A DNA stretch of 63,958 nt, counting the filler, from Octopus bimaculoides (taxonomy: Eukaryota), in the NCBI RefSeq assembly GCF_001194135.2. It is 3 parts of 3 records of this genome, joined end to end, with 100 filler letters (N's around TTAATTAATTAA, not from the genome) between each part and the next. Parts side by side here need not be neighbours in the genome. Positions count along the whole stretch, not along the records: positions 1 to 28,009 come from NC_068984.1; positions 28,110 to 57,611 come from NC_069006.1; 1 more part is not named here. One strand, written 5' to 3'. Each line of letters starts with the position of its first letter. Position 1 is the first letter of the stretch. The notes beneath the pieces were generated by a model. The model saw only the letters and a list, made by a program, of their open reading frames with translations. It searched no databases and was not told the origin of the DNA. This document shows, one piece after another, positions 24,348 to 36,789 of the stretch. Made by a program: the position numbers and the translations under genes.

Positions 24348-25616
24348 CAAGGTACGTCAGTCTTTGAGATTCCTGGATGAATTTAGAAGACACGTATCTC
24401 ATCAAAGAAAAGCTGTATTTGAAAAGCAATTGTTGCAAATAATTTTGAGAATCCTTTTATCACATATTCAATGAATCCACCATAAGCATCAGTGACTGCT
24501 TCAATACAGGGTCAGAAGTATGGACATGCCTGAATCAGATGATCTTTATCAATTTTGAACATAGTTTGCCATAACCAGTTATGGAAAACCAGTTATGACA
24601 ATTTTGAGAGACTGTATGATGTTAAGGAGATGTTGATTGACCTCACTCTCAGCTACACCCAGACATAATAGTCCAGTGGATTGAGGTCTGGTGAGCAAGG
24701 ATACCATATGTCTGGGAGAACATGGTTGTGGAAATTGGTACACTTCTATGCTTGGCTTGTCCAAGCCTTATGACATAGCATGGACTCTTGCTGGAAGATG
24801 TATGGTCTTCTGTTGCATACTCTGACTATCCAGGGCTTCACTTTTTCCAACACCTCTGTGTAGACAGCAGCATTGACTCTTAAACCCTGTGAGAAAAAAA
24901 CATGAGACGGCATGACATCTCTCTCGATGCTGATGACTCCTATAACCATCACAGTTGCTGGGAACTTAGTATGCATGATCATACAAACCTCATTTGGATC
25001 TGTGCATAACCATCTGTCATTCCTTCAGTTTAACTTTTGGTCCTGATTTGAAGATTTTCAAATTGGAGAAAAACCAAAGCATTCCAACCACTTGCTGTTT
25101 CAACTTGCTTAGTAAGCACTTTGCGTGGATCAAACAATTCTCTTGTCACATCCAACATAAAATGACCCTTCCACATCTGATATAACTTGTATCAGATATC
25201 CTCATGCACAATGCTTCTGATGGTGCATTCTGAAATCTTGAGGTCCTTTGCAATAGCTCTGATTTCCTGTGGATTTTATTGATCTTTTTCTTGAACTTAT
25301 TGTACAAAGTCAAGTATTCTGGTAGTATGAGGATCCTGTGCATGCATTTTGCATTCAGCTGCTGATATTGGATCCTCAACAGCATTTTCCCAGCTCCTCT
25401 TGAATTTCGACAATGAAGGTTTGGGCAACTTTCAGGAAATGAGCTATCTCTATATCACTATGTTGCACTTTTAAGGCAACAATGACAGCATGCCTTTTCA
25501 TTTGCTGAGTCAACCTGATGTCTGACATTATTCATCTAAAAAGTAAGGTTTAAAAAAATAAGTTACAAGAAAGCTAGAGCTCTTAAAAGAGGTGTCCTCA
25601 AAAAAATGACACCCTG
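24348..25616 (-). mobile_element. Near full-length decayed maT (DD37D) Tc1/mariner transposon; transposase pseudogene 25528-24460
   Basis: TA-flanked degenerate TIRs (CAAGGTACGTCA.. left, ..TGACACCCTG right). ATG at 25528 (MSDIRLTQQMKRHAVIVALK), then LWFFSN, MHTKFPATVMVIGV, RPYIFQQE followed by 37 codons and PDLNPLDYYVW, ending GGFIEYV*. Multiple stops and frameshifts. Confidence 0.92.
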
Positions 25617-25709
<93 letters not shown>

Positions 25710-25718
25710 CTTTATCTA

Positions 25719-25750
<32 letters not shown>

Positions 25751-25782
25751 CACATACATATACATATATATGTGTGTGTGTA

Positions 25783-25931
25783 TCAAAATTTTCATCAAAA
25801 TTTTCATAAAAAATTTTCATCAAAATTTCCATCAAAATTTTCCATCAAAAATTTTCATAAAAAATTTTCATCAAAAATCTTCATCAAAAATTTCATAAAA
25901 AATTTTCATAAAAAATTTTCATCAAAAATTT
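25783..25931. repeat. 12-13-bp AT-rich minisatellite (AAAATTTTCATC/A)n running into a gap
   Basis: About 12 units read directly. Confidence 0.92.
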
Positions 25932-26533
25932 NNNNNNNNNNNNNNNNNNNNNNNNNNNNNNNNNNNNNNNNNNNNNNNNNNNNNNNNNNNNNNNNNNNNN
26001 NNNNNNNNNNNNNNNNNNNNNNNNNNNNNNNNNNNNNNNNNNNNNNNNNNNNNNNNNNNNNNNNNNNNNNNNNNNNNNNNNNNNNNNNNNNNNNNNNNNN
26101 NNNNNNNNNNNNNNNNNNNNNNNNNNNNNNNNNNNNNNNNNNNNNNNNNNNNNNNNNNNNNNNNNNNNNNNNNNNNNNNNNNNNNNNNNNNNNNNNNNNN
26201 NNNNNNNNNNNNNNNNNNNNNNNNNNNNNNNNNNNNNNNNNNNNNNNNNNNNNNNNNNNNNNNNNNNNNNNNNNNNNNNNNNNNNNNNNNNNNNNNNNNN
26301 NNNNNNNNNNNNNNNNNNNNNNNNNNNNNNNNNNNNNNNNNNNNNNNNNNNNNNNNNNNNNNNNNNNNNNNNNNNNNNNNNNNNNNNNNNNNNNNNNNNN
26401 NNNNNNNNNNNNNNNNNNNNNNNNNNNNNNNNNNNNNNNNNNNNNNNNNNNNNNNNNNNNNNNNNNNNNNNNNNNNNNNNNNNNNNNNNNNNNNNNNNNN
26501 NNCCAAGGAAGAAAAGAATTAGTAACTGGACAC

Positions 26534-26581
<48 letters not shown>

Positions 26582-26587
26582 ATATAT

Positions 26588-26694
26588 TCTTGTATTTGTT
26601 TCAGTCATTTGACTGCAGCCATGCTGGAGCACTGCCTTTAGTCAAACAAATTGACCCCAGGATTTCTTTGTAAGCCTAGTACTTATTTTATTGA

Positions 26695-26726
<32 letters not shown>

Positions 26727-26837
26727 TACACACACGTGTGTGTGTGTGTATGTATATAATATAAATATATGTATTATAAACAGCTCTAATGATGAAAATA
26801 TTCCAAGGTGACTCAAGTACATGACACATGTATATAT

Positions 26838-26885
<48 letters not shown>

Positions 26886-27052
26886 ATATATGAATTTATG
26901 TCATCATCATCATCATCATCATCATCATCACCATTTAGTGTCCGTTTTCCATGTTAGCATTGGTTGGATGGTTTGACAGGAATTGGCAAGCTAGAGGACC
27001 ACACCTGGTTCCAGTTGTCAGTTTTTACATGGTTTCTATGGCTGGATGCCCG
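26588..27052 (-). mobile_element. SINE A tail (26588-26695) and SINE C tail (26903-27052) fragments
   Basis: Family-diagnostic blocks in reverse orientation. Confidence 0.8.
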
Positions 27053-27069
27053 TTGTGTATATATGTATA

Positions 27070-27116
<47 letters not shown>

Positions 27117-27421
27117 GTGTGTGTGTGTATACAAATATCTACAAGTATACATACATGCATAAGTTCACACATAGCTGTGTAACGAAGAGAATAACGAACT
27201 ATAAGACTAAAATCTTTATCAGTGTGACATTCTGTGTGTTTGTATGTATATTTGTAAATATTATCATCACCATCATCATCATCGTTTAGTGTGTGTGCGC
27301 GTGCGCGTGCGCGTGTGTATCTTTGTGCACATATGTATGTGTGAGTATATATAAATATTCAGATTTGTATGCATTTGTGTATGCATATATGTATATATAA
27401 ACATGCATTTATATGTGTGTG

Positions 27422-27468
<47 letters not shown>

Positions 27469-27591
27469 ATATATTTGTTTTGCTGATTCTTGATGTGAAA
27501 TCATGTGTTGAAACAGATATTGTTATATTTGGGGATGGTCATCTTTTGCCAATAAACACAAACTATTTATTTGATGTTCACTTTAACTTTA

Positions 27592-27637
<46 letters not shown>

Positions 27638-27646
27638 CATTATTAT

Positions 27647-28009
27647 AAACCCATACTCTCCACCTTTCCGGGACATGTAAAGAACTCCGACGAAGTCATT
27701 AAAAGACTACACCAATTACCCCTAGACCAACTCAGGCAAAACAGATACGCCTTTAGTCTTGACGTTGTCTCAATGTACACAACAGTACCAGCACACTCAG
27801 CGGTCAACCTATTGACTGACTGCATAATAACGTCCAACACCCAATGCTTCGGACTTACCGCAGCTGATATCCACCAACTTTTGTCCATCATCGTGGACAA
27901 CACCTACTTCGCTTTCCAGGACCATATATACAAACAGACAACAGGTCTCCCCATGGGATCCAGTCTCTCGGGCCTACTAGCCATCACATATATGAACCAT
28001 CTGGAACGT
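27647..28009 (+). mobile_element. Penelope-like element reverse transcriptase fragment, 121 codons open to the gap
   Basis: KPILSTFPGHVKNSDEVIKRL...YAFSLDVVSMYTTVP...FQDHIYKQTTGLPMGSSLSGLLAITYMNHLER. SLDV.SLYT.VP and Y.Q..G.PMGS.LS..LA..YM are PLE RT motifs. Confidence 0.92.
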
Positions 28010-28109
28010 NNNNNNNNNNNNNNNNNNNNNNNNNNNNNNNNNNNNNNNNNNNNTTAATTAATTAANNNNNNNNNNNNNNNNNNNNNNNNNNNNNNNNNNN
28101 NNNNNNNNN

Positions 28110-28156
<47 letters not shown>

Positions 28157-28399
28157 TCATATACATATGCATAGACACACACACACATACATGCAAACAT
28201 ACATGCATATATACATTCATACAAGCATACATATACAAACATTTACATACGCATACACACACATGGTGGCGCACATACATGCATACATGAGGCTAGACCT
28301 TTCCAACATCCATCATGGTATACGTTACGCAGAACGTTGTCCGTTTTAAGGTGATCCTCGGCAAGAATTAGCATGGTATGGTCTGATCTTCGAATTACA

Positions 28400-28535
28400 G
28401 GTACTTAATTTATCAACCCCGCAAGGATGAAAGGCAAAGTGAATCTCGGTGGAATTTGAACTCAGAACGTAGCAACGGGCGAAAAACCGCTCAGCATTTC
28501 GTCCAGAGCGCTAATGATTCTGCCAGCTCGCCGCT
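28400..28535 (-). mobile_element. SINE family B, CpG-intact
   Basis: GGATGAAAGGCAAAGTGAATCTCGGTGGAATTTGAACTCAGAACG...CTGCCAGCTCGCCGC. Confidence 0.9.
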
Positions 28536-29196
28536 TGAAGTTCATAATAATAATAATAATAATACAAAGACTTCCAACAAGGTACCTTGTCCAAAAGACA
28601 GACCCCTAACTCTAAGAACAGCCCATATCCTACGTGTGTGTGTGTATGTACATATACAAAACTTGGTGTGAATGTTTGTGTGTATCGCTTTATGAGTGCA
28701 CATTGGTGTCTATGTGACTGTGAGCGTGTTATGTGATATAGGTGTGTGTACCGAGGTGTCTGTATGTGAATGTGTGTGTGTGTGTGGGTGCATACATGCA
28801 TGTAAGTGTGCATATGTATGCAATAGGTGTGTGTATGAGCTGTGAACGAGTATCCTTTCGTTTGTGTGTGTGTGTGTGTGACATAGATACAGAAACAAGA
28901 GAAGCTGAATACGATGCAAAAATCACATAGCGATCGTATATAATCGATAATGTTGACTATAAACAATAAGGTGATCGATAACAGTTAGTATAACAATAAC
29001 ATCTTAGATATGCCTGTGTAGGAGCTCTCAACATGATAGCTAGATCTGGTAGATATAGCAGTGAAGTCTCCCTCAAATCATATCCTACTCCTATCTTACG
29101 TATATATCCATCAGCCTATGAAGGGGGGGACCTCCACACGGTAGCCTGAATGAGTGATCGAATCTCCTTCAAATCACACACACATTTATGAGTATA

Positions 29197-29360
29197 GGTG
29201 CAGGAGGGGCTGTGTGGTAAAAAGCTTGCTTCCCAACCACTTGGTTCCGGGTTCAGTCCCACTACGTGCCAACTTGGGCAAATGTCTTCTACTTATAGCC
29301 TCGGACTGACCAAAGCGTTGTGTGTGGATTTTGGTAGATGGAAACTGAAAGAAACCCGTC

Positions 29361-29395
<35 letters not shown>

Positions 29396-29530
29396 TGTGT
29401 GTGAGTGTGTGTGTGTGTGTTTATGTTTGTGTGTATGTATCTGTGTATCTGTTTGTCCCACCCCCACACCATCGCTTGACAACCGACGCTGGTGTGTTTA
29501 TGCCCCCCGTAACTTAGCGGATCGGCAAAA
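29197..29530 (+). mobile_element. SINE family A, 5' two-thirds, abutting the hAT fragment
   Basis: Head and middle blocks are present; the copy is truncated at CGGCAAAA. Confidence 0.92.
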
Positions 29531-30115
29531 TTTCAAGCACAGATTTCACCATATCTTCATACTTGAAGTATCTGGCCACGAGATGTTCACAATGAATAAT
29601 GCAACGAAATGATACCCTTGAGGGCTGGAATCACTTTTCATCAGTGCATTTAACCCTGCATTTCCCCCGATCATTGCAGGAGCATCATCTATTGCGACAC
29701 TGATAAGTTTATTCAGTGAGACACGAGCATTTGGTAAGGCCCTGTCAAGCGCAATTTCTTTTTTAATGTCAGTGCAACGAGTTGTTTCTTTTAACGACAC
29801 TGAATCCAACATCTCTCTTCTCTCACAATTAACTCCAAAGAAACATATCGAACAAATAGCGCCAGTTGTGAGGTTGTCTGGCATGTCAAACAGATACCGC
29901 CAGTTGTGAGGTTGTCTTGCATGTCAAACAAATACCGCCAGTTGTGAGGCGGTCTTGTACGTCAGCTGATTCATCAATTGCAAAACTGAATGCAGGGGAA
30001 TTTTAAAAACCATTTTACATTTTGCTTTGTTAAACATCAGCACTGATCTGAGGGATCTGAGGCGAAACTGGTGCCTGAGTCGCTGAAATTTTGTGTTATT
30101 TGGATCTAACACTAC
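29531..30115 (-). pseudogene. hAT (Charlie/SPIN-like) transposase fragment
   Basis: VLDPNNTKFQRL...QISADV...AFSFAIDESADVQD..QLALFVRYVS...MLDSVSLKETTR...LNKLISVAIDDAPAMIG. DES.D and V.TDGAPAM are hAT motifs. Confidence 0.9.
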
Positions 30116-30193
30116 AGTAACTACAGCAATATTCTTTTAAAAGATTCACCATCAGAATANNNNNNNNNNNNNNNNNNNNNNNNNNNNNNNNNN

Positions 30194-30430
30194 CATTTGT
30201 TGTATCGGCGGCATACCTAGAAAGTATGTACCATGCCCACCACCCGAGACCTCGATGGTTCATACTTGAAGTCAGAGCGGTTACACATAACCGAAAACTT
30301 CCTCAAATTAGCCAATGGAGGGCACCCCTATATACTAGAAAGAGAAGGCAAAATCTCTCTCAACATTAGCAAACGATGGAGACGTCTATGTGGTAAAAAT
30401 AGCAGCCAAATTTCCCTTAAATCTCATCCT
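30194..30430 (+). mobile_element. Possible Penelope-like GIY-YIG C-terminal fragment
   Basis: ERLHITENFL...HPYILEREGKISLNISKRWRRL loosely fits the PLE C-terminal R.I.EA..I...P.LNR..G..L...W pattern. Confidence 0.3.
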
Positions 30431-31164
30431 AATGTCTTATGCATGCATGTATGTATGTATGTATGTATGTATGTATGTCTCTTCTGCATTTAATCATTTG
30501 AATTCTTCCCCTGAAGAAGATGCTGGTTTCTAACAAAGATGCGAAGTTCTATCTTTGGAATGTAATTAACGAAAAAGAAAAATGTCACATTTTACACCTG
30601 AGAGAAGTCTTGCATAATTTTACCGTTCCGCTTTCGGATTGTATTTGTAATATGCAAATCGGTTGGCTGATTTCTTTTTCTGAAAATCCAAGAACTCTAC
30701 ACGGTAAGCTATTAGAACTGGTAAAAGTGGCAAAATCTGCCTCAAGTTACACCATACTGTAGTACGCATATAAATATGTATGAACGAATGAAGGAGACCA
30801 TTACAGGTCGAAACAGTAGCCAAATCTCCTTCAGATCATGAATTGTCTTATACATGTATATGTATGAACCAACAAAGGCGACCTCTACATGTTACACTTG
30901 CTAGATTTGGTGGCTAAACCTCACAACCATCTTTATAGGAGTATTAAGTGTAACCCAGTATTTTACTGGTACCCTATTTTATTGATCCCAGAAGGATGAA
31001 AGATATAGGTAAACGTAGTATTCTATTATAATTTCGTTCTTAGTTAAGACCGCTTAGGGGAACATAAATTTAACCCCAGTATTTCACTGGTATCTAATTT
31101 TATCGGACCCAGGAGAAAAGGGTTTAATTTTGACTTGATTGCCCCATATTACAGGTGGAATATA

Positions 31165-31345
31165 TTCTTTTCTACTCTAGGCACAAGGCTTGAAATTTCG
31201 GGGGAGGGGGCCAGTCGATTAGATCAACCCCAGTACACAACTGGTACTTAAAAAATCGAAACAATGAAAGGCGAAGTCGACCTCGGCAGAATTTGAACTC
31301 AGAACATAAAGACAGACGAAATACCGCTAAGCGTTTCGCCCGGTG
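31165..31345 (-). mobile_element. SINE family B
   Basis: TTCTTTTCTACTCTAGGCACAAGG tail through AAGCGTTTCGCCCGG head. Confidence 0.9.
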
Positions 31346-32041
31346 TGCGGCACATATATTATAAAGGGACTTTTACAGTGGTTTTGTGTTGGTTGAGTGA
31401 TGACAGTAGAAATGGTGGTGACGACGCTAGTGGTGGATGTAGTGCTGGTGGTAGAAGTAGTATAGTAGTCGTAGTTGTGGTGGTAGAAGTAGTATAGTAG
31501 TCGTAGTTGTGGTGNNNNNNNNNNNNNNNNNNNNNNNNNNNNNNNNNNNNNNNNNNNNNNNNNNNNNNNNNNNNNNNNNNNNNNNNNNNNNNNNNNNNNN
31601 NNNNNNNNNNNNNNNNNNNNNNNNNNNNNNNNNNNNNNNNNNNNNNNNNNNNNNNNNNNNNNNNNNNNNNNNNNNNNNNNNNNNNNNNNNNNNNNNNNNN
31701 NNNNNNNNNNNNNNNNNNNNNNNGGGGTGTGTGAAAAAAGTGGGGGAGTGGTGTTGAAGAGAAAAAGGCGGAGGGGCATTGCAGATGCCAGCAGGAGGTG
31801 ATGGTCGTGGATGGTGGTTGCAACATGCTGATGGTTGCGGTGATGGTGGTGGTGGTGGTGGTGGTGGTGGTGGTGGTAGCGGTGATGGTGTGGGTGAGTA
31901 TGGGAGGCGAGGCAAGGCTTTGGGATTCTTGGAAGAATATATTGCAGTAATATAGAATTTGGCACTTGGGTAAATTTCTCTGGAATATTTTGGTGGAGAA
32001 GAGCCCATTGTGTCTGCATGCACGTGTATTATAGATATGTA

Positions 32042-32080
<39 letters not shown>

Positions 32081-32751
32081 ACAGAGTGTGTACACACACA
32101 CACATATATATACTTATACATTTATACACGCATATGCATATATATATATATATATATATGTACGTATGTATACTTATGTAAGTGTGGTGAGTATAATAAA
32201 TAGGTAAATTCCCTTCTCACCTCTCTCTCTCTCTCTCTCTCTCTCTACTCATTCTCTCATTCTACTTACACATGTGTTTGTGGTCATTTAAGGTTATATA
32301 TTATTGATAGTGAAACATTCGTAAATGGTTATGTAACACAACAGGTATTGACAGACGCGCGCACCCACACACATATACATATATAAATATACAGATACAA
32401 ACACCCACATGCATTGCAATTAAAGCAGGCGTGTTAACGTTTTATATGAATGAATGCTACAATGTAATGTGTATGTATATGGACGTATATGTTGATGTTT
32501 AGTACACGTGAATGCTTGTGTAACTGTGTTCAGTGTGTATATTATTGGGTAGCGTGTGTAGTTTGTGTGTGTATGTTATATAGTTGTTATTTAACTAAAG
32601 GTCAATGCTGATAGAGTAGAACTATGAATCACAGGTGTTCCATGCGTGACCAAGCCATCTGTTTAGAGCCATATAAGACTAGGTCGGCTAATGTCCTCTT
32701 ACCGTATACAAGATATTAGGGAGTGATTTGTGGCATATTTCGGTGATATTT

Positions 32752-34045
32752 CTTATTTCTTTATTGCCCACAAGGGGCTAAACACAGAGGGGGCAAATAA
32801 GGACAGACAAAGGGATTAAGTCAATTACATCGACCTGGTACTTAATTTATCGATCCCCGAAAGGATGAAAAGCAAAGTCGACCTTGGCGGATTTTGAACT
32901 CTGAACGTTATGTTTGTGTGTGTACGCATGTGTTCGTGTCTGTGTTTGTCTCACACCACCGCTTGACAACCGGTGTTTGTATGTTTATGTCCCTGTAAGT
33001 TCTTCAAGCCGGTGCTCCAGTCTGACTGCAGTCTGAAACAAGAAATCGCAGGAGTGTCCGTATGGTAAGTAGCTTACCAACCACATGGTTCCGGGTTCAG
33101 TCCCACTGCGTGGCACCTTGGGCAAGTGTCTTCAACTATAGCCTCGGGCCGACCAAGACCTTGTGAGTAGATTTGGTAGACGGAAACTGAAAGAAGCCTG
33201 TCGTATATATGCATATATATANNNNNNNNNNNNNNNNNNNNNNNNNNNNNNNNNNNNNNNNNNNNNNNNNNNNNNNNNNNNNNNNNNNNNNNNNNNNNNN
33301 NNNNNNNNNNNNNNNNNNNNNNNNNNNNNNNNNNNNNNNNNNNNNNNNNNNNNNNNNNNNNNNNNNNNNNNNNNNNNNNNNNNNNNNNNNNNNNNNNNNN
33401 NNNNNNNTGTGTGTGTGTGTGTGTGTGTGTGTTTGTGTGTGTGTGTTTGTGTGTCTGTGTTTGTCCCACCAACATCGCTTGACAACCGATGCTGGTATGT
33501 CTATGTCACCGTAACTTAGCGGTTCGGCAAAAAGGAGACTGATAGAATAAGTACTAGGCTTACAAAGAATAAGTCCTGGGGTCGATTTGCTCGACTAAAG
33601 GCGGTGCCCCAGCATGGCCGCAGTCAAATGACTGAAACAAGTAAAAGAGTAAAAGGTATATATACATATATATATGCGTAAGTGTAGCTGTATGCTAAGA
33701 AGCTAGCTTCCCGACCACATGGTTCCGGGTTCAGTCCCACTGTGTGGCAACTTGGGCAAGTGCCTTCTACTATAGTCTCTGGCCAACAAAAGCCTTGTGA
33801 GTGGCTTTGGTAAACGGAAACTGAACGAAGCCTGTCGTATACAGACAGACACACACATGCATACACATATACATATGTATGTATATGTCTATATGTGCGT
33901 GTTTTTGTGTCAGTGTTTGACCCCCACCACCACCACCACCGCTTGACAACCAGTGTTGGTGTCTTTTACGTCCCCGTAAACCAGCGGTTCGGCAAATGAG
34001 ACCGATTGAATAAGTACTAGGCTTCCAAAGAATAAGTCCTGATGT
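32752..34045. mobile_element. SINE cluster: B with alternative tail (32752-32910, -), A fragment, full A (33047-33655, +), A (33685-34045, +)
   Basis: Family-diagnostic blocks read directly. Confidence 0.9.
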
Positions 34046-34134
34046 TTATTTGTTCATATCAGCGTTTTAAACAACATACATACACACACAGAACAGACAA
34101 CTACAGACGTATTTAAGCATAAACACACACACAG

Positions 34135-34176
<42 letters not shown>

Positions 34177-34289
34177 TATGTTAATATATACGGAAGTCCC
34201 GTAACACGTCGCTCTCACGCCTCGAAATACTCCACAAGTCTTCTATATTTTAGTTCCTCCTTATCACCTTCCCACGCCACCGCCAGCTC

Positions 34290-34344
<55 letters not shown>

Positions 34345-34345
<1 letters not shown>

Positions 34346-34870
34346 TACTTTCTACTAAAGGCACAAGGACTGAAAGTTGGGAGCAGAGGATAAGTCGATT
34401 ACATCGATTCCTGAACTCAACTCGTACTTTATCGACTCTGAAAGGATAAAAGGCAAAGTCGACTTCGGCGGAATTTGAACTCAGAAAGTAACGGCGGACG
34501 AAATGTTGCTAAGCATTTCGTCCGGTGTGCTGAGGATTCTGCCAGCTCGTCGCCTTGCTAATAATAACCACGAAGGACGAAAGGCAAATCCAGCCTCGGC
34601 TGAATTTGAACTCAGAACATAGAGATACATGAAACACCGCTGAGCATTTCGCCCCGCGTGCTGAGGATTCAGCCAACTCGCCAATAATCTTTTCTACTCT
34701 AGGCACAAGGCTTGCAATTTTGGGGGAGGGGTAAGTCGATGACCCCCAGTACTCTGACCCCGAAAGGATGAAAGGCAAAGTTGACTTCGGTGGAATTTGA
34801 ACTCAGAACGTAGGGACGGACGAAATACCGCCAACCATTTTGTCCGGCTTGCTAGCGACTGTGCCAACAA
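34345..34870 (-). mobile_element. Three consecutive SINE family B units
   Basis: AAAGGCAAA...GAATTTGAACTCAGAA recurs at about 34449, 34579 and 34770. Confidence 0.9.
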
Positions 34871-35159
34871 CGACAACAACAATATTCAAAGCATGTTTAA
34901 AATGATAAATGCAACATGTATGTATGTATTCATATAAGTATGCGCGTATATACATAGATGGGTATATATCAGTGTGTTGTGTTGTATGTGTGTGTGTCGG
35001 TGACGTTTGCAATGGTATTACATGAACAGTTAAACAGCATTTAATTGTTACAACCGAATTAAGATCAATCATACACATACACACACACAAATGTCTGTGT
35101 GTGTATATATATATATATATTTGTGAGAGAGAGCGGGAGAGAGATAGCTAGATGGATGA

Positions 35160-35197
<38 letters not shown>

Positions 35198-35496
35198 NNN
35201 NNNNNNNNNNNNNNNNNNNNNNNNNNNNNNNNNNNNNNNNNNNNNNNNNNNNNNNNNNNNNNNNNNNNNNNNNNNNNNNNNNNNNNNNNNNNNNNNNNNN
35301 NNNNNNNNNNNNNNNNNNNNNNNNNNNNNNNNNNNNNNNNNNNNNNNNNNNNNNNNNNNNNNNNNNNNNNNNNNNNNNNNNNNNNNNNNNNNNNNNNNNN
35401 NNNNNNNNNNNNNNNNNNNNNNNNNNNNNNNNNNNNNNNNNNNNNNNNNNNNNNNNNNNNNNNNNNNNNNNNNNNNNNNNNNNNNNNNNNNNNNNN

Positions 35497-35539
<43 letters not shown>

Positions 35540-36090
35540 CTGTGTAACAAAACTCTTCCTTTCGTTTGCCCACGCAAGCACACAATTGCAAATTCTGGCT
35601 TCGTTCGTTACAAACGATCACGACGTCTGGGACTAGAAAAAAAATCTCGAAGACCTTCTTAAGACGACGGTTAAAAGAAGATGCTTCCTTTGCCAACCTC
35701 GTTTACCCGGCGGGTGGCCGGTCAGAATTTAATCTAAAATTAAAAAGCCAAAGAAAAGAACACGCATACATAAATACATATATATACCTAACTGCATACG
35801 CACCTACATACATACATAAATACATACATAGACGTACACATAAAAAATACTCTTACATCATACATACGCATAAACACACAACTCGGAGGTACACGCGCAC
35901 ACACACAAGTACACACACAGATACACACACAGATACACACTGACGCATCTTAACTTGGATAACACACATACACACACACTCTCTTTCTCTCGCGCGCAAG
36001 ATACACAGATACTTTAAGGTGGGCTACACACACACACACACACACACACACACTATCATACGCATGCTATATACATATACTGACAACCAT

Positions 36091-36312
36091 AATTCTTTTC
36101 TACTCCAGGCACAAGGCCCGACATTTTTAGGGAGGGGGGGCCAGTCGATTAGATCGACCCCAGTACGCGACTGGTACTTAATTTATCGACCCCGGAAACG
36201 ATGAAAACCAAAGTCGACCTCGGTGGAATTTGAACTCAGAACGTAAAGACAGACGAAATACTGCCAAGCATTTCGCCCGGCGTGCTAACCACTCTGCCAA
36301 ACTCGCCGCCTT
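36091..36312 (-). mobile_element. SINE family B, full-length, CpG-intact
   Basis: Complete from the GGCGGCGAG head to the GTAGAAAAGAATT tail. Confidence 0.95.
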
Positions 36313-36789
36313 AGTGACGACCATAATTAACAGAACCACGCACACACCTTTACATCTATCGAAAGATTTAAATGACAGCTGTACTTCGAAGTCCCAAATC
36401 ATGTAACAAAGGAAAAAGATAGATTGGTTTTTTTTGTTTGCTTTTGTTTTGTTTTATTTGTTTGTTTTTTCCTATGATTCATTTAACGGAAATTTTACAA
36501 AGATTTTCAGTTTTTTTCCTTTGTAGTTTCTTCCCAGACACTTCCGAATTATTTTCTTTTCCCACGAGGTAAGGGACTTCGAAGGACAGCCGTTACATAA
36601 CTCCGCCCACGTAAGATACAAACACAAATTCTCACACACACACACACACAGTCACACGCACACGCACACACACACACACACAGACACATATACACACACA
36701 GGCGCACATATTCACACACATACATCTACCTACACGTACATATAGATACAAATGCACATACACATACATACACACACACACGTACACAT

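Noticed and set aside
28054-28065. TTAATTAATTAA isolated between N runs (also at 57656-57667)
   Set aside because: An identical 12-mer inside gaps that puts stops in all six frames; it is an assembly linker, not biology.
30505-30560. CTGAAGA...GCGAAG as a hammerhead
   Set aside because: No complementary stem II, GAAA is altered, and stems I and III are not satisfied.
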